From assembly GCA_002269645.1 (NCBI GenBank), contig NIVC01000745.1:113095-177094 (forward strand): a DNA stretch of 64,000 bases, written 5' to 3'. Source of the stretch: Macrostomum lignano (lineage: Eukaryota). The position numbers were made by a program, and so were the translations under genes. Positions within the stretch are counted from its first letter, which is position 1. Each line of letters opens with the position of its first letter. Of the stretch, positions 55,035-64,000 are shown piece by piece. Below the pieces are notes generated by a model. The model was not told the DNA's origin. It saw nothing but the letters and a program-made list of their open reading frames with translations, and made no database searches.

Positions 55035-55472
55035 GTGCCATTTCATTTGAGTGGGTGCCATTTCATTCGCTTAGGTGCCATTTCATTTTATTAGGTGCCA
55101 TTTCATTCGAGTGGGTGCCATTTCATTAGATTAGGTGCCATTTAATTTTATTAGGTGCCATTTCATTCGTGCGGGTGCCATTTCATTCAAATGGGTGCCA
55201 TTTCATTCGAGCGGGTGCCATTTCATTCGAGCGGGTGCCATTTTATTCGAGTGGGTGCCATTTTTTTGAGTGGGTGCTATTTCAATCGAGTGGGGTGCCA
55301 CTTCATTTGATTGGGTGTCATTTCATTCAAGTGGGTGCCATCTATTTCGAGTGGGTGCCATCTATTTCGAGTGGGTGCCATCTATTTCGAGTGGGTGCCA
55401 TCTATTTCGAGTGGGTGCCATCTATTTCGAGTGGGTGCCATCTATTTCGAGTGGGTGCCATTTCATTCGAGT
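55035..55472. repeat. Minisatellite, 20-bp unit GGGTGCCATTTCATTCGAGT
   Basis: About 21 copies, intergenic. Confidence 0.95.
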
Positions 55473-55996
55473 GGCGCAAGTACCAGGGACGCCAAAGCTA
55501 TACTGTCAAGGGGTGCCATGTACTTTTGCCTGTGGATTAATGGAGTGGGGCGTGGAGTTTTAAAGTCAAGCAAAAAAAATTTCTGTCTCAAGGCCAGAGA
55601 AGAAGTTTCCCTGTTCGCAGTGAAACTTTTTGCATGGTAAAGCCCGTTTACATTCCCGCTAGTAACTCGATGGATCAAAAATTGTTCAAATCAATGTGTT
55701 GTTGGTTCTGACCAATTTTAAAACTGACTGACTGAAAACTAATTAACAAATTATATTGATTGACATTTTAGTTTATTTCATTTTTGATTCATTCATCAAA
55801 GCTGAATTCAAAGCTCATAAAAATTTCAAAACTAAGTTGAGTTTACGTCGAGTTCCTGGAGAGAAAGTCACCGAAGTTATGCCATTCTGAATTTCTTAAG
55901 ATCTTTTGTTTCTAGTGCTTCAATAAGGCTCTGTACGGCATTTTACGTTCGTAGCAACTCCACAAGTCCTTAAACCTGATCCTTGCCAGGCCTCCC

Positions 55997-56472
55997 TCAG
56001 TCGCAGGCCCAGCCAATCAGGTCCATCGTCACCGACCCGTGCTGACTGCCGGCGTTGCCTCCGCTGCTGCCGCTGCAGGAAACTCCAGCGCAGTACGAGC
56101 CGCCGCCGCCTCCGGCCGTGTCCTCCATGATCCCGGCGCCGCCGCCGCTATAGCCTCCGCCGCCGCCTCCGGCACCCTCGGCACTGGCGCCGCCGCCGCC
56201 TCCGCCGAAGCCGCCGTCGCCGCCGCCGCTGCCGCCACGACCGCCAGTCCAGCCGTCGCCGCGGCTGCGTCCCTGCTCTCCGCAGTTGTTATCTCGGCGA
56301 GTCATCGCGGCCTTGCCGCGCCAGCCGGCGCCGGGGCCACCGTGGTTGTCGCCTGACGGAGTTTCGGCCACGTCGGTGAAACCTGGCTGGCCGTTGGAGC
56401 CGCCGTAGCCCATGCTGTTGCTTTCAGGTGATACCGTGTTGCTTCCGCTCGTGCCGCTTTGACCAGTGACGC
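55997..56472 (-). CDS. Gly-rich secreted protein, last exon
   Basis: cttttcag|GC GTC; ORF 55997..56506; ends DLIGWACD*. Confidence 0.88.
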
Positions 56473-59400
56473 CTGAAAAGAGCTTCCAATGCTTCAGGTA
56501 CACCAAAGATTTTAGGCCCCAGTGCTCAAATTCGGTACTTGCGGGTTCGCCAGTTACTGCTCATATGACAATCTGAAGCCAGGATATCGCGTGAACTCAA
56601 CTAGCGATTCACGAACTCAAGGGTCACATATTATTCTTCACATGCAACAAAGGCTTCTTGATGCTTTTATTGCCTTGGAAAACAAGAACGGAAACCAATG
56701 TTCTGCTCTTCAAACTCCTGACTCAGGATTTACTTGCTTTTGTACTTACACCTCATCTCTTCCTGCTTCCAATTGTAGACTGGGTTTTCTGTGCCGTAGT
56801 TTTGCCGGGCATAGGAGCGAGTAGAAGTTTTGAATATAATAATAAAAATGAGTATTATGTCATTTGGCGGATAACCTAACACACGAAAAATTGTCTTTAT
56901 GCTATGAACAATAAGCTTTACCTAAGGCGCCTAAAGACCGCTATGGAGTTTCAGCATGCCTATGAAGTATGAGACAGACTAGACCTATGGACTATGATCT
57001 GCGATGCTTCACGCCTGCCCCCCCCGCCCTATTCTGCTGGTCAAGGCTGGCGGGAGGTCTGTGCCCTAGCTCTATTCGCCTCTGGCAGCCGCAGACTCCC
57101 CAAAGCTGTCTGGCAAGCCGACCCAAGGTACATGTTCCCGCACTGGCGACCTATCCATTGGCTCCGGCCGAATTTGGGTATGGGGTTCATCTAAGGCTGC
57201 CTAAGGTGTTCACAGCGCTGATGGGCTGCGATCGCTGGCCGATAGTCGGATCGCTAGCGGTCCCCCTCCTGGTGTCGTGCCAGCCTTGAGGGATCTTTTG
57301 GCCTACTGCCCGGTCAGGTGGAGCGGCCGGGTGTGTACCGCACCCCTTCGTGGTTAGCCTACCAACCTTTACCATCGCCTTTGAGCTGGCTATGGATCAA
57401 AACTTTCTAACTAGAGATAAGAAACCCTCTAAATCCTAAGCTCAATTCAAGGGAACGCGGGTGGATCCAACCGGAGCCATCAAAACCAAGGTAGCCACGT
57501 TGTCCGTCGTGCCTGAATCCCGACCTCCCTGCTAGTGGACCGGTGTATCACTGCAAGGTCCGCAGGGGGGCGGGCAATTCAACTGTCCTCGGCCTTTCAA
57601 ACGCTTGGGCGAGTCGGTACTCTAAGGGATCCTCCTTCTAGCTGGGTGCCCTCAAGCTCAAGATGCTCCGAGGAAAGTCTGCCAAAGGGAAGGCTGCTGC
57701 CAACTGCAGCATCTCCGGCAGGGGTTAGGCGCAGTCAGAGGCCCAAGGAAAGTCACAGGCCAATCCTAAAGGCCCCTCTGCAAACGGCGATTCAGCGATC
57801 GTACCGACGGCTCTGGGCTCTGGCAGCTCCGGAGAAGGAGCTGAGAACAAGACAGGTTCTTTAGCTCTTTGCTCTCCTCGGCCACTCTGAGATGGGGGCG
57901 GAGGGAAAAATGGCGATGGGGAAACCTCCTCCATTTTGTCATCGGGCCGGAGCCCGAGGACTCTGCCGGGTGGCTGGGGGGTCCGAACTGTAGATGTCGA
58001 CCAACTGCCATCTCCCGGACAAACCCCGACGGCCTGGGACAAGAGAGAGCTGCTGTACAAGTCTTTTTGATGGCCTCAGGGTTCGCGCCAGAATTGCATT
58101 TAATGCAGTACAGTTAAGCTACACAGTCAGTACATCTACTGCGTCAGTAAATCTGCACAGGCAAGGCCTCAACCTGATCCAGGAACCCTGGATGCGCAAC
58201 GGTAAATTGCCCAAAATTCCTTCCGGCTACTCTGACTTCTATGTGTGTGGCCCATGGAACAGACGCTCTAGAGCGGCCATCCTCCACCACCCAGTCATCT
58301 CCAAGCTTGACTGAGGACCAAGCTCTCAGATGGAGACCTTTTTGTCATCCAATCTGATCATCTCGCTATGCGTACGTGCCAATTGTTACCTTGATTTATA
58401 TTCCAGGTGACAGGGACCCTACCCCGAAGGCTTGTTGCGCTTGCGCAATATTGCGAATCCCGGAACACTGAGTTGTGCTCATGGGGGCGACCTTAATGCA
58501 CACAAGCACTGGGGCAGTAAAGACACCGATTCTAGAGGGGAGGAGCTTCTGGCTCTCATCTCTGACACAAACATTATGCCGACGTTTTCGATGTCAAACT
58601 CGCTAACCCGATACTCTTCAAAATATTTTAGGAGTGGAGGGTCTGGTCGTAACCCTCCCTGTCTGACCACTGCTGGATACTAAACCCCAGTTCTCCATTA
58701 CTTGAAGGCGAAGCATCCGCAACACTGATTTGGCGGCCTAGGAGGCTACCCTTGCTCTGCACTTTCAAGAACTCACGGAAGAGCATCTGATTGAGACCTG
58801 CGAGGAAGTCGATCAAATGGCTGAGACACTGACAGGCTGAATTGCTTGCCCACGAGTACAAACACAAGACCTCTGCCTCGTGGTGGAACCCGGAGCTGTG
58901 AAAACTCGGACGGAAGGCCAAAAGACACGGAGCTTTTCCATAAGATCTCAACATTCTTAATGAGTCCTAGGCCAATCGCTTTCTCACCGATGGAATTGCC
59001 TCGATGCTCAACCCGAGACTCTGTAGCTATCGACTCGAGCGAAATCATCAATGACCATTGCTCCATTGCTCCATTGTTCTAAGCAGTCATTCAACACCAG
59101 TTTATGGGTTGGAATCTTTTTGAAGAAGCTGGCTGACGCCGTTGCTAAAGTCGGCGCCTCCGGATCCTCCATCTGTCTCGAACCCCACGTCCCGATTGCT
59201 TCATCGACTCGCACATCAAAGCGTGGATCAGGACCCAGTACGGCTCAACTTGGGCAAACTGAAATACCTGCAGGCGCTGTCCTCCAGCCCTCTCATAAGC
59301 TCCTCTTGCGCCTCTCTGGAAGAAACATTCGGACGGCCACCAAGAAGCTCTCAGGTCACGACTGTTCTGTACCTGCAGGGCAATATTATAAGAACATTAC

Positions 59401-59983
59401 CAACTGCAGTTTCTGAAACTCAGGTGACAACACCGTGAGCGCTTGAGAAAGGGAGACAATTACTGCAGCAGTCGCTGGTCGAAATCGGCCTAAATGTTTA
59501 ATGTCTTATCATTGCCCGAATATCTCGCAACCCACGCTCAAATATTTCACGGAGATCAAAGCAAAGCGAAAGCAAGTGCTAAGAGTTTATTTACCGTTTC
59601 GATCATCGGCGGCACCGCCGCCTCCGCCAGCAGCGAGCAGAAGGGTGCTGGTCCCCGTCCGGTACACGAAAGTGCCACCGCCGCCTCCTCCACTAGCATC
59701 GTTGTCAAGCTCCAGGCCTTGACCGCCTGCCTGCCCGACAACTACTGACAGCTCAGCTCCAGCTTCGAGCTGGAAGTTTCCGGCTTTGAGGCCTCCCCAG
59801 CCTCCAGAAAAGTCTGGGGAATAACCAGGGTTGGTGGAGCCACCAGCCGCACCTTTGGCTTCGATGCGGTAGCAAGCAGAGACGGGAATGACAGCAGTCT
59901 GGACCGTGCCCAGGCGACCGGTGCTTGAGTCTGCAGTTGGAGTATGGAGGTTGTCTGTCTGTCTGTCTGTCTGTCTGTCTTAG

Positions 59984-60048
<65 letters not shown>

Positions 60049-60051
60049 TAG

Positions 60052-60088
<37 letters not shown>

Positions 60089-60111
60089 TAGTGTCTGTCT
60101 GTCTGTCTTAG

Positions 60112-60174
<63 letters not shown>

Positions 60175-60239
60175 GTGTCTGTCTGTCTGTCTGTCTGTCT
60201 TAGTGTCTGTCTGTCTTAGTGTCTGTCTGTCTGTCTTAG

Positions 60240-60312
<73 letters not shown>

Positions 60313-60609
60313 TAGTCTGTCTTAGTCTGTCTTAGTCTGTCTTACTCTGTCTTAGTCTGTCTTAGTCTATGTTACTGTCTGTCTGTCTTAGTCTGTCTTA
60401 GTCTGTCTTAGTATGTCTTCATCTGTCTTAGACTGTCTTAGTCTGTTTTCGTCTGTCTTCGTCTGTCTTAGTCTGTCTTAGTATGTCTTCGTCTGTCTGT
60501 CTTAGTCTGTCTTAGTCTGTCTTAGTCTGTCTTAGTCTGTCTTAGTGTCTGTCTGTCTTAGTCTGTCTTAGTCTGTCTTAGTCTTTCTTAGTCTGTGTTA
60601 GTGTCTGTG

Positions 60610-60641
<32 letters not shown>

Positions 60642-60642
60642 G

Positions 60643-60674
<32 letters not shown>

Positions 60675-61467
60675 GCTCAATAGCATCAGTGACTCACTGA
60701 CAAATGTCCTGGCGACAACGGGTCGCAGCAGTTCCAGTAGACGCTGCTCAAAGTCCGGCGCTTTCCACACCCGGCTGCCCTCTGCGGCACCCAGCAGCCG
60801 GTGCGTCTTTTTGCAAGTTGAGGCGTCGCTACCGTTGAGCAGCAGCAGCTGGCAGCCGCCGCTGACGCTCAGGCTGGCTGCATCGCATCGCTTGATGCGG
60901 CACCTTGCGACGCAGACGAGAGCGGAGCTGACGCCGGTCTCGTTCACCAGACAGCTGGTCACCAGCTCGCTCACCTCGACGGTAGCGTTGCGATAAAAGG
61001 CGACCGTGTCAGCGGCTACCAGGGCAACGCCGCCAGCTGGAGGGAAGCGGGGAAATCATGGTGGAGGAAAACACGCGTCGGACTAGAATGAGTGCCCTCA
61101 GACACGGGGAAGCACGCACTAAGACAGGCGCCAAAACAGACAGACAGATACAGAACACAGATTGTAGCGTTGCGTTAAAACGCAGCCGTGTCAACGCCGC
61201 CTGCTGGAAGGAGGCGCTGTAAGACAAATGCAAGAAGACAGACACGGAAGAGAACGAACTAAGCAGATACTAACGACATAAGAACCCAGACTCGCATTCA
61301 CACGCAGAGGCTTGATTAAGTGACAAATGAACAGAAATACAGCTGGGAGATAGGTCAGCAGACATTCACACACAGAGATTGGGATGAAATCTGACAGCCC
61401 TGATACCTGTTATTTATGACTTACACATCATCAGGCAGATCAGTGCTACATTCTTCATGGCAATCAT
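55997..61467 (-). CDS. Secreted protein, PAN/apple-like domain plus ALK/LTK-type glycine-rich domain: complement(join(55997..56472,59595..59930,60698..61036,61425..61467)), 397 aa
   Basis: Signal peptide [23 protein letters not shown]. Cys pattern [115 protein letters not shown] mirrors the ALK/LTK Gly-rich fold. All three introns are GT-AG, phase 1. Confidence 0.88.
56970..59480 (+). mobile_element. Decayed non-LTR retrotransposon (LOA/R1-like): APE endonuclease, linker, RNase H-like and C-terminal remnants; RT not seen
   Basis: LIQEPW..RSRAAI (58170-58290); [22 protein letters not shown] (58480-58560); SWWNPEL*KL (about 58880); [21 protein letters not shown] (59100-59200); LSGH..CSF. Many stops and frameshifts; boundaries approximate. 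Confidence 0.75.
59595..59930 (-). CDS. Gly-rich secreted protein, exon 3 (N-half of the Gly-rich domain; absent from the ORF track)
   Basis: aactgcag|AC TCA; AAC G|GTAAAT; 336 nt open. Confidence 0.88.
59951..60675. repeat. Microsatellite (TCTG)n with TTAG interruptions, fills intron 2 of the Gly-rich gene
   Basis: Direct inspection. Confidence 0.97.
60698..61036 (-). CDS. Gly-rich secreted protein, exon 2 (PAN/apple-like)
   Basis: ccctccag|CT GGC; GTC A|GTGAGT; 339 nt open. Confidence 0.85.
61425..61467 (-). CDS. Gly-rich secreted protein, exon 1 (signal peptide)
   Basis: ATG ATT GCC ATG AAG..ATG ATG T|GTAAGT, phase 1. Confidence 0.75.
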
Positions 61468-63344
61468 GGATGCAATGATGCTTGTTCACTGTTGTATGAT
61501 AATTCTCTCCGAGCTCTCAACACTTACGTATGCTCGAATCTGTCTGCTTTGTTCTGTATTTAACAGCACGAAGACTGTTTCTTCTTAGTTCAGCAACTCT
61601 GAGGTTTGCCTTTCTGGATATTCGTTGCAAACATTTCTTTGCTATTCAGGAGGTTTTATCGCTTTTATCCGCAGCTTAAGTGCTGCATTGCTCAGGTAGC
61701 AAGCCTCAGTCAACTTTCTATTCATTTATTTTGATTGGTTTCCATGGTGAGAAAGCAGTATTTTAAGTCTCCCCATTTCTTTATTTCTAAACATCCTTTA
61801 GAGCTTTCAAGCCTGAGCTGGGCGACCACTAAGTGGGATTTTACTTCAGCAGACAGTCTGCTTGAGTCTCCCCGATGCAGAAGCTTGGCATCGGTGCAGA
61901 AATTTGGTACAGATGACAAAGCCTTTTGTTGCTAGCTGCAGACTTATCAAACTTTGAGTAGACGCTTCCCAACTCTAGTTTTTGGAGACACCGAAATAGA
62001 CTGGCGAATGGAGATAAAAGGAACACTCGCGTTCCAACTTGCAATTCTAACGATGTCCTTTTTATCTGATTCTCAGGTCAACATAGGGCTGGAATAAAAT
62101 CTGATTCTGATTTTGCTTCCACCATTGTCTGACTCCATTATCGTGTCGCCAACAGCAAAGAGGGGTTGTCAAAAGACCTAAAAATGCCCAAGCACTAGCT
62201 ATCATTGCTCTATGCGTTTTAGGCGTCAATTTTCAGAGTTCTTTTTGTAAACAATGGTCCGGACGCAGTGAGCCCCGGCAATTCTTGTTTATTTAGAGTG
62301 GCTCCTCTGCCTTGGACTGGAGCTCCGGAGTCGGGCCGTGGCATCCAGTGCGGCTTTCCAGCCGTCTCTGGGCCCGATACCCTCCGCTCCTACAGAATTC
62401 CGTCTTTCTATTGCAGCCGGACAAACTATACTGATAGTAGTACAGCAGTATTTGAGGCGAATATGCTACTTTATTTATTTGGGCTGCAGCCGGCTTCTCT
62501 ATCTTGGCAAGCGTCTTCTGGACCGGTGATAGTGCCATGTTTTCACTAGCTCGGCATTTCACATTGTCAAAGACTCAAGCTCGAAAATTCACCAGCACAT
62601 AATGTCACATCACCGAATTCGTTAAGTTGTGAGGTAGTGAAATTGCGTAGAAAGATTTTTTTCTACGATTTTTGCTCTCTTACGAGCGCCCCACGCTAAG
62701 CACTGAGCAGCGTGGCAGCCAATGGGACATCAAGGTATCTACGAGCTCGTACGTATAGATCGTAAAAGACAACGAAAATGATCCCTTTTATGGAATTCAC
62801 GGATGACATTCGAGTCCTCGCGCAAACCTTTTATACTAAACCAAATTTTGCAATATTGTTCTTGATGAACTCTAAGCTTTGGGTTTTAGCTACTTTCAAA
62901 AAGCTTCCCAGTTTTTGGATGGAGTGTTTTTTATGATTGACGGGAAAAAACTAACCTAGAGTCGCCCTCCTCATCTGTTTTTTGTCTTCCATGGTGACAG
63001 TGCAGCACCTTATGTTGCTCCCATTTGTATTTTTCCAGCATCCTACAACACTCTCAAGTCAAAGCCCAGAGAGCACCTCTTTTAGCAGTAGAAGTGTTTA
63101 ACTTCCTACACAGCACAAGAAGGCTCTCTGCTGAATCCAGGACAGTGACAAAGCCCATTGTTGTAGGCTTAAGATAAGCTTTTTTACAGGCAGTCACTGA
63201 TTATCGTTTAGCCAGTAGCGCTTAGCATCTTTCACTTTACGAAAGACCCAAAAGTACCTCCGGCATGCGCACGGCCGCTTAGCATACTGTGCAAGTAGTA
63301 CCGTGTGAAAATTGAATGGAGAAGGGGCGCTGGAGAGTGTTGGG

Positions 63345-63384
63345 ACAAGGACCACTGTATATAGCTATATACAGTGGTCCTTGT
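63345..63384. repeat. Perfect 40-bp spacer-less palindrome flanked by GTGTTGGGA direct repeats
   Basis: ACAAGGACCACTGTATATAG|CTATATACAGTGGTCCTTGT; direct repeats at 63337-63345 and 63383-63391. Confidence 0.9.
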
Positions 63385-63906
63385 GTTGGGAGTGAGATAA
63401 GCGTCCTCCCCGGCATACACCCGTCAGCCTTTCTGACCGGACTCCCGGCAGTTTCGATTGCAGTTCTGTGAAGTCTGGCGCGCCCGTGCGCAACAGAGAG
63501 ACCACGCTCGCGGTGCTGACGGTAGGAGCTGTATTCTTGAGCGCTGCACATTCAATGCCCGACTGTGGGGGAACTTGCAGAAGCCAGTCATATTGCTTGT
63601 CTATGAAGAAAACTTACGCTTATATGCGCTCTAAGTGCAACAAGCAGTTGCTGCAGTACGCCGTGTGTTTCGTGCATTGGCTGCACGCACAGGTTCCTGC
63701 GTCGACGCAAAGGTTTGAGTTTGCTCCTTGATGACAGCGCCTCTTACACCGCACTGGAATTCAGAATTTTGTACAAAATTTACTTGCAAAATTGCTACGT
63801 AAAAAAGCGTGGTTTGAGTTGCGTCACAAAAATCTGATAAAAGTTGATTACTGGGTTCTGGTGGTCACTTGTCCGCGTTGCTGGGTGCATTTGCTCTGTC
63901 CTGCAG

Positions 63907-64000
63907 TCCTGTCGCGTCCTGTCGCGTCATCCGTGACTCAGAATGGCGGCCTCATCATCCGCGCCGAGTCGCACTGCCCACAGCTGGTGCAGGAGGAACT
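63907..64000 (+). CDS. Possible coding exon running off the window end (LSRPVASSVTQNGGLIIRAESHCPQLVQEE)
   Basis: Polypyrimidine tract plus ctgcag acceptor; GC3-rich open frame; no recognisable family. Confidence 0.3.

Overview
Eukaryotic (animal) genomic DNA with GT-AG spliced genes, GC-rich coding exons and introns packed with unrelated 11-41 bp minisatellites. This architecture is reminiscent of the flatworm Macrostomum (inference, not verified). Reconstructed genes, with splice phases checked by hand: (1) a discoidin domain receptor tyrosine kinase, DDR-like (+, about 1-26874); (2) Golgi glycoprotein GLG1/ESL-1/CFR (-, 30389-43616, 11 coding exons, about 1198 aa, signal peptide built from two micro-exons); (3) OSTC/DC2 (+, 43828-45204), head-to-head with GLG1 and carrying apparent 1-bp indels; (4) a 1192-bp internally deleted P-element-superfamily transposon (45312-46503) with TIRs, an 8-bp TSD and a spliced THAP ORF; (5) a 585-aa acidic disordered protein with an RVxF motif and a Cys-rich tail (-); (6) a neurocalcin/hippocalcin-like Ca sensor (+, 193 aa); (7) a 397-aa secreted PAN/apple-like plus ALK/LTK-type glycine-rich protein with no TM or kinase domain (-, 55997-61467), whose last intron holds a decayed LOA/R1-like LINE. 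Also present are two tRNA-derived CORE-like SINEs, a hAT-like MITE, 21 tandem arrays and several palindromes. Most notable: the KP-like P derivative with an internal 61-bp hairpin built from TIR tips; intronic minisatellite units that echo the adjacent splice-donor sequence; a shared CACT(C/G) core across unrelated arrays; and the stand-alone secreted ALK-like glycine-rich protein. Tandem-array boundaries are approximate (about +/-15 bp). No database searches were run.
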